Positions 27,401-41,000 of a stretch of 64,000 nucleotides of DNA are shown one piece after another. The notes below the pieces were generated by a model. It made no database searches and had not been told where the DNA came from. It was given only the letters and a program-made list of their open reading frames with translations. Location of the stretch: contig NC_090355.1 of assembly GCF_035084215.1 (NCBI RefSeq), positions 21,762,001 through 21,826,000 of the forward strand. The letters are read 5' to 3'. This stretch comes from Heptranchias perlo. Lineage: Eukaryota. The translations under genes were made by a program, and so were the position numbers. Position 1 is the first letter of the stretch. Each line of letters opens with the position of its first letter.

Positions 27401-30400
27401 AAAGTATGAAACAAAGACTACTATACCTAGGCTAGATAAGTCTTTGGTTTGTCTGCACTTGGAGTACAGGATACAGTTTTGCTCCCCACACATTGTGAAG
27501 CAGAAGGTGCAGAGGAGAGGCAGCCTAGCCTTAGGGACTTCAGTTATGAGGATAGGCTCTGAGTTAGGGCTATTTAATTTGATGGAACAGTCTTAAAAGA
27601 TGACAGAATCAAGGTTTTTAAAATGAAGGGACTAGAACAATGAAAAAAAACATTGTGGGCAAATATAAATCATGTCCCACTTCACTGAATTGTGCCCACT
27701 TAGTAAACTACGTGTTGGCCTATGCACTTTGCATGCTGATGACAATGCTGTAAGATGGCTGGAATTATATGCCAAGTTGGCACACTAAATAATACTGTGA
27801 CAAAAACATCACAATTCAGTGCATTTTTTTAAAAAAACATTAATTGAACCAAATCAAAATCTATGATTAAGATATTTACTCTAATATTTATTGAAAACAT
27901 TTGTATGAAGTTAAATGTTAGTAATCTGATCACAGTTCTGATGAACTATATCTGAAATATTAACTCACCTTTCTCATTCAGATGCCGTAAATTTGATCTT
28001 AAAGTTCAGAGTTTCAACATTTGCAGTTTTTTTTTTAAAAAGTGTTTGTTTCAAATCCTTTTCAAGTCAAAATTTATTAATAATGCTTCCCAATTGCACA
28101 GAAAATTCCACTACTGGTGTGGAAAGAATGAGCCTTAATATGTACCTTTATGCTGCAGTTTCAATTCAGTAACAATAATTGGTAAAGTTTAATAGTTGCA
28201 TACATCAAATGTGCCAAGTTTTCATGATGAACAAAGAGCTCCAGTACTAATTATTGCCTCAGCCTGTCAAATTGCTGGTTCACAGCTTAAATCGTTAAGT
28301 AAATTATGTCCACATGAGATTTTTTTTTTTAAATGTTCATGGGATGTGGGCATCACTGGCAAGGCCAGCATTTATTGCCCTTGAGGTGGTGATGGTGATG
28401 AGCCGCCTTCTTGAACCGCTGCAGTCCGTGTGGTGAAGGTTCTCCCACAGTGCTGTTAAGTAGGGGGTTCCAGGATTTTGACCCAGCAACGATGAAGAAA
28501 CAACAATATATTTCCAAGTTGGGATGGTGGGTAATTTGGAGGGGAACATGCAGGTGGCGTTGTTTCCATGTGCCTGCTGCCCTTGTCCTTCTAGGGTCAC
28601 TTGTTTGGGAGGTGCTGTCGAAGAAGCCTTGGCGAGTTGCTGCAGTGCATCCTGTGGATGGTGCACACTGCAGCCACTGTGCGCCGGTGGTGGAGGGAGT
28701 GAATGTTTAGGGTGGTGGATGGGATGTCAATCAAGCGGGCTGCTTTGTCCTGGATGGTGTCAAGCTTCTTGAGTGTTGTTGGAGCTGCACTCATCCAAGC
28801 AAGTGGAGAGTATTCCATCACACTCCTGACTTGTGCCTTGTAGATGGTGGAAAGGCTTTGGGGAGTCAGGAGGTGAGTCACTCGCCACAGAATACCCAGC
28901 CTCTGACCTGCTCTTGTAGCCACAGTATTTATATGGTTGGTCCAGTTACGTTTCTGGTCAATGGTGACCCCAGGATGACGTTGGTGGGGGATTCGGCGAT
29001 GGTAATGCCGTTCAATGTCATGGGGAAGTGGTTAGACACTCTCGTTGGAGATGGTCATTACCTGGCACAAATGTTACTTGCTACTTATCAGCCCAAGCCT
29101 GGGTGTTGTCCAGGTCTTGCTGCATGCAGGCATGGACTGACTCGTTATACAACATTTTGTATCTGCAGCAAATTACTCTTCTTGTCTGCTCATTAATCAA
29201 GTCAATAACTTTTCTTCAAAAAAAAAGCACTGTCCTAGAAAGCACATGAAATTTATTTGTCTGAAACTCAACTGCATGGCTTTACTCCTCCAGCAGCCAA
29301 ATTATGATAATGTACAAATCAAAATAATTAAGTATGTAAAACTCCAAAGTAAGGTAATTGCTGAGAATTTAGCATTGTGATTACATACAGCTTACTGTGC
29401 CAGTATTTAAAACTTGAACACTGAAGGTGCATGTGGTGTTTCTGACAAAGCAATAAATAGACGACAACAATGGTAGTTTTTAACCTTGAAAAGCAAAAAA
29501 GAATATCAATTCACTAATTTGACTTTATGCTTAAAAAAACTTTTGAAAATATAGCTCCCTCCTTCTCCAAACCTTTCAAAGTTCAATCCCTTGTCTGTGT
29601 TGCGTATTTAATCAATATCAGAGTGGCAATGGCTTAAGTAAAATAAATTTCAGTTTTGATTCTTTTTCCTCCCTGCCCCAGCACCAAGATCCGCCTGGTG
29701 CCCCCTGCTGGAAAGTATGCACTGGTGGATGTTGGGAAAGGACTCAGTTGTGATGCCCCACCATTAAATAATTCATCAGTGCTCACTGTCTAGGCTCACA
29801 TGAAGAATGGCCACTTGCACAAGGTATTGGAGGGCTGCCAGGACCTGTGGAACCATACTTCAGCCAAGTCACCACCTTCAGTAACCTAAACAAACCATTA
29901 TTTTAAGGATGCAAAATTTCCAGCATCCACATAGAAGGCATTTTAAACATGCTTCACCCATTTTTGGGGGTCAGAGGAGCAGGAGGGGGGTTGGGGGGGG
30001 GGGGAGCAGAAATTTGACATTTCATTCTGGTCCCTCCTATGTCCCAATCCTGCTCTCTAACAGGGTTAACCTCAAACATACACTTGGATATCTTTGCTTT
30101 AGGCTCTGAAAAGGACTTGATGGCATCCCAATAAACATAGCCCCTTGCATGCTGTTTCCTAATGGAGGCAATAATTTATTTTAAAATCATGCATGAAGCA
30201 CTTGGGGGAAAAAAAGATTGCCTCTGGTCACTGACTTCATAAAAAAAAAATAGCAAAATGCCTGTGTTCCTTCTGAAGAAATCAAATATGTTTTAAAAGG
30301 CATCATTTATAATTTCTCTAGAGAAACCAAATTGGAGGCAATTTTGCTATGTTTGCACTGTCACCAACTCAATGGCAAATTGCTCCTCCCACATGAAATG

Positions 30401-32005
30401 CACAATGAGGCTGCCTAGAAGTATACAAAATATTTTGTTCTCTAATGTTTTAATATGCTCGCTATGGACTCCATCATACAGAATTTTACAAACAATTTCC
30501 TGAATTAGACAATTAAGCACTTACAGCATGCATTAGGCATATAATCATCACTACACCGCCTGCACCCCCCCGCCCATTGTGGGGCCAAATATCTTCTGAA
30601 AGCAACCAGTAAGAGTCACACGACAGCCTGCTGTTGACACTCTGATTTGCCCATCCTGCCTGTGGAGACATGCGAGATATCTCGGCAGAGATCAGAAATC
30701 TTACCAATCTGCACAGCCACAAGCAGGTTACAGCATGCTACTACTGTACCTCCAATATTTGTCTTAAAAAGTTTGTCATATGGCATTCAAATGCAGTGTT
30801 CAGGTATTTGTCTAAAGAGTCTTTCATTAATGAAAATGAGTGTAGCATCACACATTATATTTTTACAAACATTACCAAAATAGAAGGTGACAATGCAGAT
30901 TCAGGTCCAAAATAGCTTTGTAAACAAAGTTCAATGCCATACTACGAATGGAGAAAAAGAATCAATGATCTTTCTTCTCATTGCATTACCATTACCAAAA
31001 AATGGCACCTAAATTGACAGATGCTGAAAACACAGCTGACCTAGCTTTTTTTTTAAAAAAAGATATTGGCTTGTTCTTTTTTTGTCTGTCACTGTGTATA
31101 TCATGTGGGCATTATTACTGTCTGCAAAGATGGGAAATTAATGGGCTGTGGAATGAAATTAAATCCTGTCTGATGATAGCCCATCAGCCAAATGACCTTG
31201 TATTTCACATCAGGCAAGGACGTCTTTATGATGAATTCACTGTATTACTCAGTCCTCTTCCAGCCATTTTCTTGTATTTCTATTTTGTTTCATGCAAGAG
31301 AAACACAGGACAAAGTCCACTCAATCCAGCTCTATCAAAAATAAGCTCAATTTTTGATATGACTGACACCACAACATTGTCATCAGTTTGTGGCTTTTGT
31401 TGACATTATGGAATGATCATAAAGGGCTTTCCAACAGGAAAACAGTTTAATGGTTACTGTGGCAACTACATTCTTAAATACATGTGAATACTTATGACCA
31501 CTTCAAACTTCGCTTATTTTCAAGAATGCAGTTTAAACACTATTTCAGTTCGTCCTCTTATTTTAAAAAAGTAAAAATGTATACAAAAACAATGAATGTT
31601 TTACATTAAATACATATAATGCAGATCACACCTACATTTGAGCTTTGTATTACCAATTATTCAGCCTTCATTTTTAATATAACCAATTTCATAAAACATT
31701 TGTATTTTGCAATATTTGGTAGCCTTACAATCAAATTCTAGAATCATTTCCATTTCACTGACATTCCAACTATATGCAAGCCACATATCACCAAAAACTT
31801 CACAACATGAAAGAACAAAGTAACTGAAATGGTAGCAAAGGATGAAGATAGTTATAATTTTTTTAAGGTTTAAAATCTCTGACTAATGAACTTCACTGGT
31901 TCACAGTTTGAGAATTGGGGGGGGGGGGGGGGCGGAAGAGGGAGGGAGGGGCAATGGTTCTTTCCTGGTGTCAAAGCAAGAATCTCATTCTTTCATACGA
32001 CAATG

Positions 32006-32043
<38 letters not shown>

Positions 32044-35000
32044 ATTGAGTCAGAAATTCTCAGCTTTCATTAGGCCTGGCAATTTGTCATGAAAATGTTA
32101 AAAAAAAAGGCAATCACCCACAAAAGGCAGCTTACATTTCTTCAGGCTAGTGATCTGTAAACTGCACAGCTTTAAATTACTGTGATTGGCAAGAAAATTT
32201 AATTATGTGAAAAGACTTAATTATTCAGTCTTGGGGCAAGTGACCAAATATCAGTGAAAGTACAACACTCGAAACCATCAATGGGAATTCAACTTAATTA
32301 AGTCAATCTGAACTGTAGTCTGCCTATTACTCATATCGAAGAACAAATGTAATTACATTAAGAAAGTGAAATGAACACATTACAAGTGGTAAAGAATTGG
32401 GCAGACATGTAGCAGTTCAAACTTAGTTTGTACACATTTACTGAAACATTTTAAACATCTCTAGAATTTCAGTACTTCTATAAATATACAAATGTTTGCT
32501 GTTTTATCCAATACCATGTCACCAATTTTATTACACCCCACATGCTTACATTACCGCTAGGATCAGAGCGGCAAACCAACTAGGTAGTCCAATGCTGGAT
32601 GTTTGGACACAGCTTTGCACCGACAAATCCCATGCAGTATGGGGCAAGGCAAAGAGCAGAGGCCAAAACACTTTCACACATGTAAGAGGGCAAAAATTAA
32701 AAAAGGTCCTTTATCCTGAGCAACTTCCCAATAAATTCCAGTCAGAACAGCAGTCGTAGTCTGTAACACCCAGCCCTTCAAGAGCTTTGGTGGTAGGTGG
32801 GTGGGGGGAAATCATTATGTATTAGGAAAAAGAAACTGGTACCAAATCAGAAACATCGTCGAAATAGCTGTGCCGAGAGTGTTCAATGTTCTAGGAAATT
32901 AACTTGATAGTTTCATCAAGGTTTTAGTTAAGCTTATGTTTTAGCAAAAGATTGAAGAATTAAATTTCCAACAATTTTAAAATCTAACATTATCTCGATT
33001 CTTCAGTAACTGATAGCAGCATGCTCATGTAATGTGCTTGGGAATCCTTTTATTAAACAGCGAGACAATGGAGTTCCAAAACATAACCTTATCTTGGCCC
33101 AATTCTTGGTCATTTGATTCTATTACTGAAACTTGAATGTTAGGAGCTGTTAGGAACGAATCCAAGTTCCCCACCCCACATCACCTTCCTCCCCTCATCC
33201 CTTCTGAATCAGAAATTGATCCAATTTTCTTTTTAGTACTTCAAGAGTCAGTATACACTACAATAGTTGACAATTTCTTAAGGCAATGACTAAGCATAAA
33301 AAAATTACTCAAGTTTAGAGTGTACCTTTTTTAAACTCATGGTCAACAGCTGGTTTCAGATTCTGGTTTTGCCAAAACACCTTTACCTCTGGCACCCTAC
33401 ATGAATTCTGAAAACCTTACATAACTGCCCAATGCAAAAAACTTATGGGTCATATTTACCCAGCATTTACCAATTTAAAATGTCATTTTCAGTTGGACAG
33501 AGTTTTTTTTTCGAAATCCAAATGGTGCCAGTGTTAGTGTGCAAAAGCTGTACCATAGTGTGCTGAAGTGATGTACGATGTTGGTTCAGACCCATAGTTC
33601 CCGACTTCATGAAATTCTGATCTCAGCTATGTATCTGAGTCACCTCAGGGTGCTCACATACTGTACTATATACTGCAGCAACACAAATCTAAAAACAGAC
33701 CTCCTATTCACCTGCTCAAGTTGGTCTGTTAGCATGGAGAAGCACCACAATGGGCAAGAGAAAAATGGATATTGCAGCTTTCCAGTTCTGGGTTGTGGCA
33801 CTTTTTAAAGCAGTGGACACAAGAGCTCAGAGCCATCACCACGAGTCAAAAAGGTAGACGGTTCCCACTATTTGCAAACAGATGGTCTGTCTGGGGAGAC
33901 AGCAATAAGACACAAATTTAACGTGAACCATAAAAGGATTTAAAGGTTAGAAAACAAACCTTCACAAGAGGTAGTTACTATGTGGATTTTTCTGCCACCA
34001 ACTGTTGAAGTAGAGTCCATGAATTTTTTAAAGATAGAATTAAGATAGCTGCTTGAAAAAAAAGAGAAATACTAAAAGGATACTGAAAATAAGTACAAGA
34101 GAGGTATTACAGGAAACACTGGCAGATTTGGTGGGCCACATGGCCTGTTTCTAGGATTCTATCTACAAACCACCATGCTGTAACAGAAAGGCCTCAAGTG
34201 CCATTACTCTAGGAGGTAGAAAAGTTTTGCGAGCTTTGGCTGCCTCACTAGATTGCACCATCAGAACATTCCAACTCTGGAGGAGCTGAGCAGGGCTATA
34301 TAAAATATTAAAATTGGGGCTGCAACACAAAGTAGATTTCCTACTACGTTATGACTAGAGTGATGCTGACTGAATATTTTATAATCCTAACCTAATGCAA
34401 TGATTAATTTCTATGCTGAAACAACCCATTTACAAACCAAATGGCGACAATGTAATTTGAAACTGATCTAATGAGAACTTAACAGCTTCATGTGACTTCA
34501 AACAGTTGATGATTCTCACTTTCCAGAGCTTCGGAACTCTGGACATACTTGCAGAATATGGTTTAACTCAACCATGCACAGCTGAAGTATGGAAGGTACA
34601 GTTAACAGCAATAAATCTCACATGTTCCTCAGTATCTTTTCAGTTGAGATTCTTAAATATCTGTTAGACCTGAAACATTTTTGAAAAGACTTGTATTGTT
34701 TGAGCATAGTCACCACAGACTGCAGTTCAGATTTTATGTGTCAGAAATTAACACAATGAACACTACAAGATAAGCCTAGACAGTATGAGGTTAAAGAGTA
34801 CAGCAGTCATCTGTACTTTACATCAAGGAGGCCTAAGGGAATTTTTCTTCATCTCTTTTGCTCTCAATTACTGCTGTTATCTTTACTCCAGCAGTGCAGC
34901 TGACCTGACATTTGGCTCTCAATGAATTACCAGTGATTCTGTACACTAACCGAAATGAGGTGCAGTTAGAAGGAGTATCGGTTAGTTACATATATTACCT

Positions 35001-38000
35001 CTACCCACATGAATGCTGGGTCACTAAATATATATCAACTTCCATTTATATAGCACATTTAACAGAAAAATGGCCCAAGGTCCTTTACAGAATCACGAGA
35101 AAAAAAAAGGACATCGAGTCAAAGAAGGAAAATGAGAAGAGAAAAGCTTGGTCATAAAGGTGCATTTTAGAAGAGGGTCTAAGAGGAGGAGGGGGAGGTA
35201 AAGAGGCCGAGGGAGGGAATTCCAGAGCATGGGGGTTGAGGCAGCGAAAGGCACACAAGAGGCCCCAAAGAACCAAAAGTGAGGCAGGAGAAGGTTGCAG
35301 AGATAGGTGGATCGAGGCCAGAGGGATTTGAACACCAGGGTGAAAATCTTACATTTGTGGTATTGGATGACAGAGACCAATGTCGCTCAGCAAGGACAGG
35401 AGTGATAGGCCAGCAGGGCTTGTTGTGAGGCACAGTGGGCAGCAGAGTTTTGGGTGGGCTGAAGTTTATGACAGTTGGTGGATTGGAGTAAATGAAGTTG
35501 AGGTGACAGACATGGATGAGGGTTTCAGTGGAAGACAGGCTGAGGTAGAGGTGGAGGCAGGCAGTTAGAGATGGGAGTAGGCACTCTTTCTAACGGAGAG
35601 GATATGGGGTTGGAAACTTTCCTCAGGGTTAAATGAGCTGCCAAGGTTGCAAACAACCTGGTTCAGTCCAAGACCGCAGCCAGGGAGGGGGAAAATACAG
35701 CTGGTGGCAAGTATGGATTTTGTGACAGGGCTTGAAAATGATAACTTTGTTCTTCCCATTGGTAACTGGAAGAAACTGCAGCTCAATGAAGACTGGATGT
35801 TTGACAAGCAGGAGGGGTACAGCTGGGTTTCAGAGTACATGGGAAAGCTGACCCCATGCCTTCAGACAATATTGCCAAGGGGCAACACGTTAGTGAGAAA
35901 GAGGGTCCATGAATGATTCCTTGGAGGACTGCAAAAGGTGTCAGTGCAGGGATGAAGAACAGCCATTGCTGGAGATGCTTTGGCCATGATTGAATCAGTT
36001 AGTGAGAACAGTCCTACCAGACCCAACAACAGGAGAGCTATTGGAAGAGGATGATGCATGTCAAAGACAGGTCATGGTGCATTATCTTCCTTGTCCCCAA
36101 TCTCTCTGCACAGTCACACAGAATGGCAATGATTTTGGTATGGGCAAAAATCTGATTGGAGGGATTCAAACTGGAAGTTGGGGAAGAGGGGCAGAGATCT
36201 CGGCAGCAGCCAACAGCAACAGAGGAAAAGGGAGACTGGAAGTGGGGCAGCATTTGGTGAGGAGTTGAGGACGTTTGCTTTGAGCAGAGGTGACAACAGT
36301 TTAGAAATGGAGGGGGCATAGTGCCCAAGGAGAGGGAACCCTTCATGCCATTATCTAGCACATACGTTGTATGGATGAGGGGAGCTTGAAGATAGCATGG
36401 AGGAGATGGAACAGAAACTAGACAAAAAAGAGAAAAAGGACAAGGGTGCAGAGTATTAAAATGATCGGAGGCGTGCTTGTAGCAAAACATCGACCATTCT
36501 TTCCTTCCCATCCCCAGTTGGCACATTTCATTACTTTCAATACCTTTTCACCTTGACCGAATACCATTGACTGACAGCATTTTGTTCTCTTGTTCAAATC
36601 TCTTCATGCCCCTCCCCTTTCTCTAACCTCCTCCGGCACTACAATCCTCCAAGAATTCTGCGTGCATCCCTCACTCCCTTTGCCTCACCATTGGTGGCCA
36701 TGCTGGAAATTTCTGGAAGTCATGCTCTAAACTTCTGAGTGGACAACCAAAATGTACACAGAGCAATCTCTGCAGAAATCCATTTCTTGTGGATCATGCA
36801 AGCTGATCCCATATGCAGTCACTAAGCTTGTGGAGTTAGTTACACACGCCTGCACTCATTGAAAACTAAACTAGCGTTTTCCATATCAGCTTTTAACAGC
36901 CCTTAACAGTCAGATGATCAATATAATCTGGGAACAGCAGTACAGAGGTTGTTAGAGCACCATTCCCTCTCAAGTTTGGTAAAAGGCAACTATCATGCCA
37001 CCTGAAAGAAAATTTTCAGCAATGCTGCACCATTTGTAACCCACACTTCAACTGTATTTCACATATTGCAAACTCATTGTCAACATAGAATAATTTTAAC
37101 ATGTTTGTTTACAGGTTTAGTAAACTTTAGGCTGTTCACATATGCCACAGGATCTTTCAATACACAGTAATATTGAAGCAGCTAGATTGTGGGAGGGATC
37201 AGGCAGCCCAAGGATTGAACACTTGACTTCTCCTTTCTCAATGTTGCCTTACTATGTGTATCATGAGTTTTAGTTTCTATTAACACTGAATTGAATATTG
37301 TTTTGAAAGAAAATATCATTGACGTTTCATGTAAAAAAAATCATTGTTATAAGTTACTGTACAACAACTTGCATTTATATAGTACCTTTAATGTAAGTGA
37401 ACATCCCATGGCTCTTCACAACAGTGTAAGAAGACAAAAACTGGCAGAGTGAAAAGGAGATATTCGGAGAGGTGACTAGATGCTTGGTCTAAAAGGCAAG
37501 TTTTAAACTAAGGTCTTTGAAAAGGAGGGGGAGAGAGAGAGACAGACAGACAGAGAGGTTTAGAGCAGGAATTCCAGAAATTTGAAGGCATGGCCACCAA
37601 TTATGAGGCAACTGGAGTGGGGTTGCACGCGGAGTTCTTGATGATTGTAGCGCTGGAGAAGGTTACAGAGATAGGGGAGAGGCATGGAGGGATTTGTACA
37701 GAAGGATTAGAATTTTAAAATTGAGTTGGTGGACTGGGTGTCAACATAGGTCCGAGTTCTTAATTAACGCTTTCAACATTGAACGTTCTTGTGCGAGCAC
37801 AGGGGTGATGGGCGAGCAGGACTTGGTGCGGGTTAGAATAAGGGCAGCAGAGTTTTGGATGAGCTCAAGTTAATGGAGGATGTAAGACAGGTGGCCAGCC
37901 ATGGACACAAACTTGGGGATTCAATACCAAATTAACATTGTCACACGGTATATTTTCTGCCATTTGTTATGCTTTTTGCTAAACTTGGAAATTGCAGAAA

Positions 38001-41000
38001 ATTTGCCATGTATCTGCAGTAAAAGAGTGTCTCAGCTAACTCAGTGGAAAAAATTTATGACTGAGTCAACATGTTATAGGGACATTTCCACACAACTTTG
38101 AAAGATGTTACATACCTCATTATCTTGGCACTAAATTCCACTTTTAAATCCGAAGAAACCTATTGCATATTTATTCCATTTAGGCACTGAAGTACATAAA
38201 CTAGTCACACATAACTGTCACAAAAGAATACCTTCATGTAAATAACTTATGGTTAATGTTCTTCCAATCAGTTTGTGTTCATTTTAAACTGTGGTGTTAA
38301 ATATTAATTCTAACTGATTTACTGAAGCATGCTCCAACAAGTCTGGTGCAGCAAATGATAATGAGGTATGTAACATCTTTCAAAGATGTGTGGAAATGGT
38401 CTCTAAAACCTCGCATTTGAATTTCTATACAAAAAAGGGAGTATGTTTGACTAAGGGAACTTCTAATACTGCACACTCAAGGAGAGAAGTAATGCAACAG
38501 TGATGATACAATTAAGACCTACTAAAAAGCATCCAGTTCACTTCTAACAAGTCGACATTTAAATGCCCCACGTTGCTTAACTAGAACGGTGACCTGCATT
38601 TATATATAGCGCCTTTAACAACCACAGGATATGCAGAAGCACTTTACAGCCAATAAAGTGCTTTTTTGAAGCATAGTCACTCCTATAACATAGGGAAATA
38701 TTGTAAACAATTTTACAACACATTTATGTAATTACATTTATGTAATTTCCACACCACCTGAGGAAGGAGGAAGCCTCCGAAAGCTTGTGGGATTAAAAAT
38801 AAAATTGTTGGACTATAACTTGGTGTTGTAAAATTGTTTACAATTGTCAACCCCAGTCCATCACCGGCATCTCCACATCATAGGGAAATATGGCAGCCAA
38901 TTTGTGCACAGCAAGGTGTCACAAACAGCAATGAGATATGGATTATCTGGTTACGTAAGACCATCAGAGGTAGGAGCAGGCCATTTGGCCTCGAGCCTGC
39001 TCCACCATTTAATGAGATCATGGCTGATCTGATTTTTACGTCAACTCCACTTTCCCATCTTTTCCCCATATCCTTTGGCCTCCTTGTTGATCAAAAATTT
39101 GTCCAACTCACCCTTGAATGTATTCAATGACCCTGCCTCCACAGCTTTTTGGGGTAAAGAATTCCAAAGATTCATGATCCTCTAGGAGAAGAAATTCCTC
39201 CTTACCATCTTCAATGGGCGACCCCTTATTCGGAGACTATGCCCCCTTGTTTTAGATTCCTCCATGAGGGGTAACATCCTCTCAGCATCTTATGTTTCAA
39301 TGAGATATCTCATTCTTCTAAACTCCAATGAGTGTAGACCCAACCTGTTCAATCTTTCCTCATAAGACAACCCTTTCATTTAAAAAAAAATGTTGGTTGA
39401 TGGATAAAGATTATCCAGGTCATTGGGAGACTGCCCCTGTTCTTTTGACTAGTGTCATGGAATCTTTTACAGCCACCTGAGAGGGCAAACTAGGTTTAAC
39501 ATCTCATCTGAAAGTCTCTGGAGTGGGGCTTGAACCCATGACCTTCTGCCTCAGAGAGAGTGCGACCACTGAGCCAACGCTGGATGGTTGTAATCTTCCA
39601 GAAGTCACTCGATTCTAGAAAGGTCCCAGCGGATTGGAAAACCACAAACGTAACACCCCTATTCAAGAAGGGAGTGAGACAGAAAGCAGGTAACTATAGA
39701 CAAGTTAGCCTAACATCTGTCATTGGGAAAATGCTATAATCCATTATTAAGGAAGTAGTAGCAGGACATTTGGAGACTCATAACACCATCAAGGAGAGTC
39801 AACATGGTTTTATGAAGGGGAAATCGTGTGACATTTATTAGAGTTCTTTGAGGAAGTAACGGACAGGGTGGATCAAGGGGAGCCAATGGATGCAGTATAT
39901 TTGGATTTCGAAAAAGCATTCGATAAGGTGCCACATGAAAGATTACTGCACAAGAGAAGAGCTTATGGTGTTGGGGGTAATATACTAGCATAGAGGATCA
40001 GCTAACTAACAGAAAACAAAGAGTCAGGATAAAAGGGTCATTTTCAAAATGGCAATCTGTAACTAGTGGAGTGCCACAGGGATCAGTGCTGGGGCCTCAA
40101 CTATTTATAATATATATCAATGACTTGGATGAAGGAACGGAGTGTCCTGTGGCCAAACTTGCTGATGATACAAAGATAGGTGGAAAAGCAAGTTGCGATG
40201 AGGACAAAAGTGTCTGCAAAGGGATATTGACAGGTTAAGCGAATGGGCAAAAATTTGGCAGATGGAATATAATGTGGGAAAGTGTGAAGTCATCCACTTA
40301 GGGAGGAAAAATAAAAAAGCAAAATATTATTTGAATGGCAAAATACTACAAAATGCTGCAGTACAGAGAGATCTGGGTGTCCTCTTACATGAAAGAGGAA
40401 GTCAACATACAGGTGCAGCAGATAATCCAGAAGGCAAACAGAATCTTGGCCTTTATTTCTAAGGGGATGGAGTATAAAAGCAGGGAAGTTATGCTACAAC
40501 TATACAGGGTGCTGGTGAGACCACACCTGGAGTACTGCATACAGTTCTGGTGCCCTTATTTAAAAGGAAGGACATACTCACGTTGGAGGCAGTTCAGAGA
40601 AGGTTCACTAGGTTGATTCCGGGTATGGAAGGGTTGTCTTATGAGGAAAGATTGAACAGGTTGGGTCTACACTCACTGGAGTTTAGAAGAATGAGAGGAG
40701 ATCTTATTGAAACATACTAGATTCTGAGGGGACTCGATAGGATAGATGCTGAGAGGATGTTATCCCTCATGGGGGAATCTAAAACTAGGGGGCATAGTCT
40801 CAGAATAAGGGGTCTCCCGTTTAAGATGGAAATTAACAGGAATTTCCTCTCCCAGAGGGTCGTGAATCTTTGGAATTCTTTACCCCAAAAAGCTGTGGAG
40901 ACTGAGTCATTGAATACATTCAAGGCTGAGTTAGACAAATTTTTGATCAGCAAGGGAGTCAAAGGATATGGGGAAAGGGCGAGAAAGCGGAGTTGAGGTA

